64,000 bases of DNA from Nageia nagi. Taxonomy: Eukaryota; Plantae; Pinophyta. The stretch spans positions 33,666,001 to 33,730,000 of the forward strand of contig JBITNC010000002.1 of assembly GCA_050084985.1 (NCBI GenBank), given 5' to 3'. Below are positions 53,795 through 64,000 of this stretch, piece by piece. A program made the translations under genes and the position numbers. The number at the start of each line of letters is the position of its first letter. Positions within the stretch are counted from its first letter, which is position 1. The notes beneath the pieces are model-generated. The model saw only the letters and a program-made list of their open reading frames with translations. It was not told the origin of the DNA and did not search any database.

Positions 53795-53914
53795 TTAAAT
53801 ATAAGCTTCACGTTGCTTGACTGGCAGTTCTAGCTCTAGATCATCCTCGGTAAGAGGTAAAAAGTACTCGTTCACGATGTCTCCAGACACTTGCTCCAAA
53901 GATGGTGGATCCCA
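53795..53914 (-). CDS. HIBCH: HIBCH-like terminal coding exon WDPPSLEQVSGDIVNEYFLPLTEDDLELELPVKQREAYI*
   Basis: ttgcag acceptor; TAA stop at 53795-53797. Confidence 0.95.
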   Translation of the reverse strand, partial: WDPPSLEQVSGDIVNEYFLPLTEDDLELELPVKQREAYI

Positions 53915-56900
53915 CTGCAATTTTAATATCAGGCATTTCATTATAGCTCACGTAGTTCATGTATTAATAATTTAATACAAATAATAAATCTCATCTGCCA
54001 CCCTTCAAAGTGCAGATGACTATTGGAATGGTGGACAATAAACTTGTCATTTGACCTCAATAATAAGAAATAATAATAATTCAGACTCCATTAAAGATAA
54101 GCTATTTGACAACTTGAATATGATTTCAATCTTGTTAATTAGATAGGAGTCAAAAAACTTTTCTTACCTTAGGAGAAAAGTCCTTATGTATGAGACGTGC
54201 TCTAATACCCTGCACCACATTTAAGAAGTTTTGAGAGCCTAACAGGAAAATACGGTATACCGTATACCTCTTTAACTGATGCCAACATTTCTCAAAATAA
54301 GACAACTTTTCATATAGAAATTACCAGAAATTCTTTATGAAAGTGCATGTTAAGTCTATTCGCTAACCTAACAGGAAACCATCTTTTAAACGCATGCTAA
54401 CTTCTCAAAGTAGAAATTAGAATACCTCGTAGAAATCACTAGACATTCTTTTTGAGAGTGCATGACAAGTTAATCTATATTCACGAGCCAAACATTGATG
54501 AAATGTCTGAAACCTGCTTTCACGTATCTGTCCAACAAGTTCTCTGATAACTTATTTAATGCTTGAACAACTAAAAGAACATTAAACCAGTTTAGAAGTT
54601 AAGGGCACGAACTTACAGATCTTAAAGTGATTTTTAAACTTAGTGGAGAAGCTTCTTTTAGTCTCTTAATAGTCTTGACGTACCATTCATCATTTTGATT
54701 AGCTGCCTCTGTTTCCTAAGAATATTGCAGAACTAGACTTCAGACTCAAAACATTAAACAAAAATCTTTTCAGTGGAGCAATTTAATGATGCAAATGACA
54801 GTTATAAGATAACCACCACATGAATACGACATTTAAGATTATCAACTTGCTACATATATAAGGTTCTTCTCAAAGTGATTGATAGTTTAAAGTGAAACCT
54901 TCAAATTTGCAAATCTTATACAATATACAATGAAATAAGGCGAACCCATCAATCTAAATGTTGCTAAAAACAACATAAATTATCATGACTTTCCAATAAA
55001 ACTTACCAATGAACATAAGATCTCCTCAACAGTATCCTTTGAGAAGCATCGATCAATAGCATCCATCCTGCACATTTTAAGGAAGCTACTAAAAATAAAA
55101 TAATAATATTACCAGAAGACAATAAAAAACAGAAAATGATAAAAGTCGTGTGTCTCAGTAAAACCATGCATTAAAGACTGTTGATTGACTTATGCTCAAT
55201 ACAATTTCACATTTTAGATCCACAGACCCTTTGGATTCGTGTGCATGGACATTGGACATATTGCCAAAATGAAAGAAACATATTTGAATGTACATAGTTA
55301 AACAAGCAAAAGATGACAACTTAAATCATCTTAGAAAGTAATTGCTTTTGCTAGAGCCACATGAAGGTTGACTAAAAGGATAGGAGGCTCTAAGAAGCTG
55401 AAGGATGGGTAATCAAGATAGCTCTGATACAATCCAAGAGTAGAGCATCCATTTCCAATAAACTTAAGATCAAGATCTCTCTGCAAATTTTGTATAAGTG
55501 CAATTATAAGTAACAACGCAATAATAATAAGACAACAATTACAAGATCATATCACAACCCTGACGATCATGGCACCATCTATAAAGAACTACAAAGAATA
55601 TTCCAAATGTCAACAATGAACAAGAGAATTTGGACAATAATACAGGGCCTTGATGGGGACAACACTTGGATTGGATTCAATGAGATAAGAAACAAATGCC
55701 ATAATGATAATGTGGATATGGGCAAATAAGCAATGTTAATATACCCTCAGAATTCCCAAAATGTCCACAATATCCAAAAGTAGGTCTAGGGTGCTAACCC
55801 ACATATCAGCCTTGATAAGGACTTGGAACATTGATCCAACAAATACCAAGGGTACAACAATACCACTAATGGCAATATCCCAATGTATGATTTATAAACG
55901 ATATATTTCATCAATTTAGAAGTGAAAGTGAATTTAATTTTTTTTTTTGGATGAAACAGTACATATATTACTTAATCACGCAAAAAAAAGGCAGGGTTGG
56001 GAGGGATTAACACTCCCCAAAATATCACAAAAAAATCACCAAGTCACACTAACCGCATCACATCGTTAGTTAGGACTATACAAGTATCAAAGCACCACAA
56101 TACCAAAAACAACATTACCATCAAACCTATACCCTAAAAATCAACTATTCTTCATAAAAAAGTTCTCGGCCAACGCATCATAGTGCCACCCTTGAGAGAT
56201 GCTCAAGGCATCCCAGCCATTATCAACAGTCCCACCACCTTCAACATTCATTGCATTGTTAGCTGCATTACTTATTGTCTGGAAAGGCATTACTTTATCA
56301 CCCTAGCCAATAACCTTTTCAGAAGACTCTGGAGGCAAGTCCCAGCCTATATTCTGTCTGGAAGAAGAGGCTCTCTCTATGCGAGAGCGCTTATTAACTG
56401 GAGGTGGTTGAGACCAGTGCCTGCCTGGGAAAGAGATGGATCTCGTGCATGTGCCTAACCTCTGCGTGGTCTAGGGTGAGCTCTTCCTTGTGCCAATGGT
56501 GGAGAAGCATGCCTTGCCTCCAGATCAAGAGGGAGCCTGTTGATCGCACATGGAGCATTGCCCCAGTAGTCTATGAGTTGAATCTTAATATTAATCTTCT
56601 TCACTTGATTGTAAATCTACAACCAACAGTCATAGAATACCTCATATTTATCAAAGAAAGAAAAGGCGAGTGAAGGCATCTTGTCTGAAAATATGATTTT
56701 GCATCTTGTCTTCCATAAGTGAAACAATAAACCAACTTTGAAAATATGCCAACCAACTGAGAGATTTTCAACAAACTCAACACGGTCACCTAACAAAATG
56801 TGAACCCAAGAACAAGGGCTTTTCATGTAGGGCCTGAAGAAAGAAAGAATCCAATCCCAAGCTTCTCGTGCTCTAGGGCAATCCCAGAACACATGTTTAC

Positions 56901-59900
56901 AATCTTCTTCTTCCAAGCAATTTTTACATGTATCAATAGCACCCATATATTTTAGTCTTGAGCCAATGGGAAGGCCTCAATGTAGCAAACTCCACCCAAG
57001 AAAGCTCTTCTTGGGTTCAAGGAATTTTTCCCAAACTGATTGAAACCGCAAGACGTACCATTTTCTAGAAGAAACAAAATCCCATTTGTGTTATGTTTAT
57101 CACACATCGGAATGACTAGAGATAACCAAGTGTAACCCAACTTAGACTTATATTGTAATAGAGGGATATTCTTGGGCCAAACCCAATCCTCCACCCAAGA
57201 CATTTGGTGTCGTTGAAAGACTTTGTTTCATACTGCCAGGGGGGTATTTTCGATCACTGCCTCATATGTGGGTCTATCCTTGGCCAGGAGGTTGAATCGT
57301 AACCCACAGAATCCATGCCTTATTGAAGGGAGACATGAAGTCAATCAAATAGGCAATTCCCCTTTTAAAAAATCTTTGTGCATGAATCCATTGCACATTA
57401 ACTAATGGTATACCTTGGATAATAAACGCAAACCAAACATTTAATAGAGGAATAGAAGCAGCACAATCTTTCTTTTTCCATGAAAGTTTATTCTTGAGAG
57501 ACTCCCAAGCTTTCCAAATGCTCTAGATGACAAAGGACCCTTTAATTTTCATTGGGACTGGGGCAGCGATGAGAGTTTGAAGGTTTAGACCTTTCCATAC
57601 CTTTTTTCCAAAGGAAGCCCAAAGAGGATGCTATTCCTAATAAGAATTTTCCAACTTGATCTGACAATCCATTTAGCAAATAAAACAAAACCTTGTCTCT
57701 GACAATCAAACAAACCCATGCCTCTGAAGGATTTGGGGAGACAACAGGTTCCCAGGCTACTCTATGAAAACCCTTCTTACCTTCAGTGTCAGACCAAAGG
57801 AAAGCTTTAAGCAGTTTTTCCAAAGAATTATAGCAATTTTTGGAAGGGACCCAACAGGAAGAATAATACACGTGTCAAAGCCAAGAGCTTGGAACATATT
57901 TGGAATCTCCCAAGCAACGAAAGTTTTTTGGCAGTCTAATAACTCAGTTTTTTTTTCAACTTTTTGAACCACATAATACCATAAGCTAGTCGAGGCCCCT
58001 TGAAAAGCAAAAGGGATACCCAAGAATTTGAACATCTCCCCATATTGAATCCAATTCCATGGTTTTGAAGCCAGCCACTGAGGGGTGTCGCTTACTGTTT
58101 GTCTATAACATGAAGTCTTCCTCCATTGTATGCTTGAACCAGAGGCTAAGCAAAAAGTGTTCAAGCAATCCAGGGCAATAGATACACAGGATTCATCTTC
58201 AGCAAGAGTTAAAAAGGAGTCATCAGCAAAGTCAGTGAATTTAATGTTCATGACAAAACATCAATTTTTCAAGTTGTCTTCGGTGCATTCTTCAGGTTGA
58301 CATTGTTGAACGTAACTTAAAAGGATCTAAATCTACAGTATTCAATTTTTTTATATTTTTCAAACTTATTTATATTTCACTATCTTTATTAGTTGAATTC
58401 GATTTCTACACTTGAAATATATCTTAATTTTATTCAGCTAATTTTAATACAGTTCTATCTTTTTTTAGTTCAATATCACTAAGACAGTATTGAACTCCAA
58501 CACGATCTTCTTGAAGTTGTTGGGATGTTTTTCTTTCCACTTACAAAGACCACCTAGGTGGTAATTGGTAAAGGACACCCCACATGTGAGTGAGGTTGCG
58601 TTACTAACCCTCGCTTGAAAGGACTAGTTACCCCAAGGTTTTTGGCATCATGAGAGGTCTTGTGTGACAATGACAATAGCTATACTTGGAATGCTAAGTA
58701 GGAGGATAGAGGTAGAAACTGTTAACGACGTTTGCTCTAGGCATTGGAGTTGTTCTACACCAATTGAAAGGATAGACTTTTGATGGTTAAGAAAAAGGAA
58801 AAATAGCAAAGTAAAGGTAAAAGGGAAATGCATAGTGGGGATGATGGCAAGCGATAGGAGTTCATTCACGAGCAAGTTCACCCATGGGGTAGTGGCTAAA
58901 CCACTTCCTTCTTGGGTTAATTATGAAATGTTTGCCTACGTATCCAATCCTACCACAAATGACTAAGTCCAAATTGTGTGTAGAAAGAGCCTATAGCAAT
59001 GTTGTCAATGACAATAGCATGAGCAACATGTCAAACCAAACAACATAGAAAGGAATTCATTAGCATACACCCATTACATGCGAACGAGTAGACGATGTTC
59101 ATCAAACGGTAATCATATAGCTTCATAGGATAATCATTTAGCTTCCTAACAAGCATCAACTTACAAGAAATGTACATAAGTCATACAATAACCATAAGCA
59201 GACAACAAATACAACTACTCAAGTCTAAAATCCCATTAAGCAAAACAAGTCTTGATTTGATTAAATCATGCACAACATTCGCTTATAAGAGTCACAATGC
59301 TCCAAAACAAGATTACAATAGTTTCCCCTCTAGGGCGAATGATCATCCTCCTCAAAAATGAACCCTCAAGGGATATAAATAGTTTTGTATGGCAAACCTA
59401 AACCCTAATGCAAATTCAAATGAAATTACTTGAAATAAAACCTAATTACTAGTGGACCAATGAAACGATGCCAAGTGTCATTACAAGATTAAGTCCAGCA
59501 CTTGTGGGAGCAAATCCTCATCCATCATAAGGCTTAACTGAAATTTATAAAATTTGAAGTCCAAAATAGATAAATTATGCATAATAAAATGAAATTAAAA
59601 ATGTTGCATCTCAAATGTAACGCCTCCATCCAACTGGTGCTCATGAATTTGTTCCCTTCTTCGCTTCTACAATACTTGACTCGAACACTTCAGCTTCTGG
59701 CACTTGCAAGGACAATCTAGTAACCTGTATGCATCATTGAGATGGTTTGGGACACTCTGTCTTCGAAAATTGGCTTCTTGAAGCATGGTGCATGCCTCAA
59801 AAGTCACAATCTTGTCTTTTTCCCTTATGCACCTAGACTGGGTGTCTTCCTGGCTTGAGTGCATGTCTCAAAAAGTCACAATTATTACTTTTGAGATCAT

Positions 59901-62900
59901 GCGCCGGACCCAAGTGTCTCTCCCTTTTGAGTGCGGGTTTTTAGAAGACATGTGCTTGATGATTTGGGTTGTTTTGGGTTTGATCATGGAGTCTCGAGTC
60001 CAACACTTAGTTACTTTTTTACTTTAACACCTTCTTGAGACCCCCCTAGGCATGGCGCAGGTTTCAAAAAATCATCCTTTTGTCTTTTTTTTCCTCATGC
60101 GTTGGTCTCCTTGTAGGATTCTTGCTTGATCTTGGTGTTTAGAAGGCCCATACTTAGTCATTTTTCACCTTAGATCCATTCTGGAGCTCTCTTGCCTTGA
60201 GCACATGCCTTAGAAAGTCATATTTATGACTTTTTATATCATCCGCTTGTCTTGGTGTGTCTTCGAGCTGGTTTTGATGCTCTTTTCCTCATGCTTTATT
60301 CCAATTTTCATGTTTAAGTCATTTGGAAGACTTCCAAAGCTGAGCACATGCATCCAGGAGTCATAATTTTGTCTTCTTTTTTCATCATGCGCTTGAACTG
60401 GGAAGCCCTCTAAGCTAGGCGCATGTTTTGAAAAGTCATAATCTTGTCTTTCTTCATCCTGCACCAGCTTCCTTGTGCAATCTTGAGCCAATTTTCGATG
60501 TCCCAGGGTCATGCCTTAACCAAATTTTCATTATTTTGACACATAATTCTTATCATAGTAATGTAGATGGACTTGAAGATGCCAAACGTTGATACATGGA
60601 ATTTTTTTCAAATTGAAAAATGAAAATGCTCAAGCATTGTATTGAATTGCATACCTTTGAAGAGAACTTTTTGGATCTCTGATAACAACATCAGAGTATT
60701 CATTCAATGCAGTCTCAATCACAGAGGGATCATCTGTTACCAGTGATCCTAGACGCTCTTCAATCCAACCAATTCTCTGTTGAAAGAAGAAAAAAAACAG
60801 AATATCATTTAAGAATTCAGGAACTTTATTTTTAGAATTCTGTCTACTAGAAATCAACACCAATTGAAACAAAAAACAATTAATGACCCGTGTTAGCAGT
60901 TAAAAGTTGACATTATAGATAGTCATAAATATAAAAGTAGAAAAGAAACATACGGCGCTGATTGAAAAGTGTGTTGCAAGACCAGCAATAAACATTTCTG
61001 CTCCATTTAATCGCTCACCAGTTAGAGCCAAGTACTCCCCTGCATGACAAGGTTCAACTAATAAAAACTAAACTCCTAGCCACTAGATGCATGTACACAG
61101 GAAGCAGTGCAAGTTTCCACTTCTTTTATGCATAGGAAGCATGAGTTGTAAAAGCTTAAGAGTACACAAAGAGTTAACTCATATGTAGCCAAAGCACATC
61201 TGAATGAGGCTCTTCAAAATTTCCAGCATGTGGATATACAAGCAACATCCACGTTCACCAAATAGATCAAAATTGCATTAAATCATAAAAAGAAATGTTA
61301 AATACATGAAAAGAAAGGATTGTAATTAAATTTGTTGACAAATAGCAGTTACTGAATGGTCCTTTCATTCTATTAAACTGCTCCTGAAGTACATGTATTT
61401 AAGCCATATAATAACTTGTGACAGACACATTATGTATTAAGATTTAGCTACTTATTTGCTAATTCTACTTGCAAAAGTGAAAGCTCAATCTCAACCAATA
61501 ATCAGGCAAGATCAACTCTTTACAAAAAATCTGACTTGGTAAAAGCTCATCAGCCCAAAACAGCATAAACTCTTGAACCTAGTGCCAATTTGAAAAGCAA
61601 GGCACACACTGATCAAGTAAGTTGTATCATCATGCTGATATAATATGTTTATATGCATACAAATAGTTTCAATCATGTGTGTAGACAGAGGGAAAGTGGT
61701 CTATGACACATATTCCATATATTGAAATTGCAGGTTTCTATATACGGTTTGCAAATTAGAAATTATTATAACCTATGGTCGCATACTACTAAGAAGTTAC
61801 TATTTTTAACTCCATAGGCTTTTCATTTACTGTGGCATTTTGGAATTGTGTTAGTCTAATAAGCATGGCACACTCATTAGTAGTTATCAGTCCAAGTGCA
61901 TTTCTAATCACAGGAACTCCATGAAAGAAAATCTCAAGAAACAATATTTCTTCCTTTTCAAGAACAAGCTTATATGGTTAGCTCATTCTTCCTTTTCAAG
62001 AACAAGCAAGTTTAAAGCACTTAACAACCCCATTGTCAAGGGCCCAAATTAAGATTTGTTTGCAAAAGACAAATGAAATGAAGAATACAAGTTTTCAATT
62101 CAAGACCAAGGTACCTACATGAAGAAAGTTCCTCCACCAGCTTGTCCTTGACAAAAAATAAAATGTAAAAGGTATGATTTGCAAAGAAAAAAGCAAATTG
62201 TGATTCACATCTCTTAAAAAATCACTAAATTAATGTTCCTGGAAAAAGGTACGTGCAACACCACAATATTAAGGGAAATTTTTCTTTAATGCTTAAATGA
62301 ATGATATGGTTGATAATCTTCAGATGCCAAGTCCTTATTCTCTAGACTATAAGATTGTCAAAAATCATTACCTAGATATCCAGGTAAGTGTGAGAGGTAG
62401 AAAGAGGCCCCTGCATCAGGATGGAAGCCTATATGTGTTTCAGGTGTAGCAAATACCTGAAAAGATCCACAGATAAACACAAGTGGTTAAAAAGAATTGG
62501 TGCCATTTGATAGAAAACATAGTTCAAAGAACCTCAGTATATCTCAAGATCCATACAATTTTCAAATGATCCATTCTTTAAAATAATAACCCAAATTCAA
62601 ATATTTTGGAAGTTTGTGTATCTCACCTTAATTATAACATATGAAACAGTTTGGAGACTTCAACTTTCAAGTAGAAACATTGAGAAGAAACAACATATAC
62701 CAAACTAGCTATAGAAAGATATCAAGGGATATTCAGGACTTATACAGTTTCTCTAATCCTAAAGGGACCAATAAGTATTCTAGAAATCCACTGATATCTG
62801 AACAATATACGCTTCTCTTGCATCAGGATAAAGTTAATATGCGGAAAAGTGAAATGTGAAGTCAAACATGCCAAAACTAGTATTGGATAAACTGTTATAG

Positions 62901-63503
62901 TTTGTGTTGAGCACCACTCATGTTAACAAACACATACGACATGGAAAGTAGCTTCAAATCCCTACATAAGTTATGTAGAATAGTGTTTACATGTGTGCGT
63001 GTTTGTAGAAAAATTCTAGTCACTGAACAATACTTTTAGCTTAATCTCAGTGATATTTTTCTACTTCTGATATTGCCTTATGGGCAGCCAAATGAGTTAA
63101 TAGTTCACTAGCAGCAGCATAAAACTTGCATTAGGAAGATCTAAAGAACAGGCATAAGCATTAGATTTGACTCTTTGAGGTTTCCTAATGGCAGTTCACA
63201 AAATGTCTTTTGAGTTTGGCACCTTACACAAAACAATCACTCTACTAAAAATGAATTACTGAACAAAGTTCTTCAGTATTAACTCGTTGAATAAAATAAC
63301 AAATGAACCAACACAAAGAAATACAACATTTGATTTCCTAAATGGAAAATGGAGTATGTTATCAAAACATAATATATCAGTAAAACCAGTAGATTTTCGT
63401 AGTTTAGAATGTCACATACAGTCTTATCTGTTGCCACGCGGAACATGCCAGGGATAGATATACCTCCCCCTCCTCCCATTGTCAATCCATCCAATAGCGC
63501 TAC
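53795..63503 (-). CDS. HIBCH: 3-hydroxyisobutyryl-CoA hydrolase-like protein (crotonase fold; At3g60510/At4g31810-mS47 mitochondrial clade); last 9 coding exons, 266 aa; 5' exons lie beyond the window
   Basis: Nine GT-AG exons splice in frame without stops: 63420-63503, 62372-62456, 60954-61039, 60655-60776, 55007-55067, 54617-54715, 54426-54527, 54168-54209, 53795-53914. Motifs TMGGG, ATPETHIGFHPDAGAS, GLATH, SPLSLKITL, DFYEGIRARL, PKWDPPSL. Confidence 0.96.
54168..54209 (-). CDS. HIBCH: HIBCH-like exon GIRARLIHKDFSPK
   Basis: tgcag acceptor and gtaaga donor; 42 bp. Confidence 0.95.
54426..54527 (-). CDS. HIBCH: HIBCH-like exon IRESRFQTFHQCLAREYRLTCHALSKRMSSDFYE
   Basis: gacag acceptor and gtattc donor; 102 bp. 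Confidence 0.95.
54617..54715 (-). CDS. HIBCH: HIBCH-like exon ETEAANQNDEWYVKTIKRLKEASPLSLKITLRS
   Basis: cttag acceptor and gtaagt donor; 99 bp. Confidence 0.95.
55007..55067 (-). CDS. HIBCH: HIBCH-like exon (R)MDAIDRCFSKDTVEEILCSL
   Basis: tgcag acceptor and gtaagt donor; 61 bp; phase matches the upstream exon across a 5587-bp intron. Confidence 0.95.
55939..58233 (-). mobile_element. 5'-truncated L1-clade LINE (ORF2 RT C-terminal half plus zf-RVT) in the HIBCH intron, same orientation as the gene
   Basis: Perfect 12-bp TSD AGTGAATTTAAT at 55927-55938 and 58234-58245; A-tail seen as a T run at 55939-55948. Motifs FADDS, FKFLGIPF, KAFLW, CKNCLEEEDCKHVFWDCPRAREAW, LWKTRC. Frameshifted. Confidence 0.95.
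58566..60557. mobile_element. ~2-kb solo-LTR-like insert (probably gypsy-type) in the HIBCH intron
   Basis: Candidate TSD GTAAT at 58561-58565 and 60558-60562; termini TG...TA; non-coding; TATA-like tataaatag near 59374; internal repeats. Boundaries less certain. Confidence 0.55.
59790..60480. repeat. Degenerate ~60-80-bp repeat array (aaagtca(c/t)aat(c/t)ttgtctt...catgc) inside the solo-LTR-like insert
   Basis: Core recurs near 59800, 59871, 60068, 60213, 60358 and 60431. Confidence 0.7.
60655..60776 (-). CDS. HIBCH: HIBCH-like exon RIGWIEERLGSLVTDDPSVIETALNEYSDVVIRDPKSSLQ(R)
   Basis: acag acceptor and gtatgc donor; 122 bp. Confidence 0.95.
60954..61039 (-). CDS. HIBCH: HIBCH-like exon (G)EYLALTGERLNGAEMFIAGLATHFSISA
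   Basis: tgcag acceptor and gtatgt donor; 86 bp. Confidence 0.95.
62372..62456 (-). CDS. HIBCH: HIBCH-like exon VFATPETHIGFHPDAGASFYLSHLPGYL(G)
   Basis: tcag acceptor and gtaatg donor; 85 bp; carries the family's catalytic Glu (PE) and Asp (PD). Confidence 0.95.
63420..63503 (-). CDS. HIBCH: HIBCH-like exon VALLDGLTMGGGGGISIPGMFRVATDKT
   Basis: tttatag acceptor and gtatgt donor; 84 bp. Confidence 0.95.
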
Positions 63504-64000
63504 CTATAAAGTATAAAACAAACACCATACTGTCAAAAAACTAATGTATCACACATTTGAACGTTAAAGTGTAAAATTTTCTCAATAAGATGCCTAAAAT
63601 ACCAAGCATGCCAGTGAATGGTAATAGGAAATAAAACAATGTTATCACATATGAAATACCAAGGACAAATTGGACATAGACAACTGTTTTACAGAAAACA
63701 TGACCTTTTCTTTATGCTTGGTTAAGGACTGAATTTTTTTTCCAGTTGATATATAGGAGACTTGATAATATTCAGCTATCCATCTGACCCACACAACTTA
63801 CAATCATCAGTACAGTTAGAAGCTCTTAACAGACATATTATCACTACGCTTCAACATCATCCATGTTGTCGTCACAAAGCACCAATATCATCACTGTAAA
63901 GTACCACTGGAATTTGAACATTGGTGTGTGTGCAAACACCCCAATGACCCAATCAGTCAACCAAGGTACCATTGGAAGGAGGACTGAGTAATATAAACAA

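Noticed and set aside
55420-55900. PBS-like ttgtatcagagct next to LTR-like sequence in the HIBCH intron
   Set aside because: No TG/CA terminus, partner LTR, TSD or coding remnant found.
59790-60480. Repeat-spacer-like pattern suggestive of a CRISPR array (also 3570-3780)
   Set aside because: Repeats are degenerate and irregularly spaced, lie inside plant retroelements, and no cas genes are present.
63279-63419. Hydrophobic C-terminal tail of ORF 63279-63494 (and the N-terminal part of ORF 60630-60872)
   Set aside because: Intronic read-through beyond canonical splice sites; only the exon parts match HIBCH.

Overview
AT-rich eukaryotic nuclear DNA from a large plant genome. A gymnosperm or conifer is likely, inferred from the ancient decayed LTR elements, TE-filled introns and PPR motif style. 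Positions 1-52.3 kb are decayed retroelement DNA. Five related Ty1/copia elements are present: A, A2, B, C and D. B, C and D keep both LTRs, B and C have perfect 5-bp TSDs, and B is non-autonomous. There is also a Tork/Angela-like copia fragment (E) split by a 1.8-kb solo LTR, two fused Ale/Ivana-like copia fragments (F, G), and a PLS-E+ PPR pseudogene. Inside the RT of G sits a 2.2-kb element with a 14-bp TSD, an A-tail and one long decayed ORF with no RT. This HAL1-like or retroposed unit is the most unusual object here. The A-D family also shows a conserved candidate 2.5-3 kb 5'-leader intron and a second PPT-like tract at the end of pol. Positions 52.3-64 kb hold the last nine coding exons of an intact minus-strand 3-hydroxyisobutyryl-CoA hydrolase-like gene (At3g60510/At4g31810-mS47 type). 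Its 5.6-kb intron carries a 5'-truncated L1 LINE with a 12-bp TSD and a solo-LTR-like insert. All calls were made by eye; no database searches were run.
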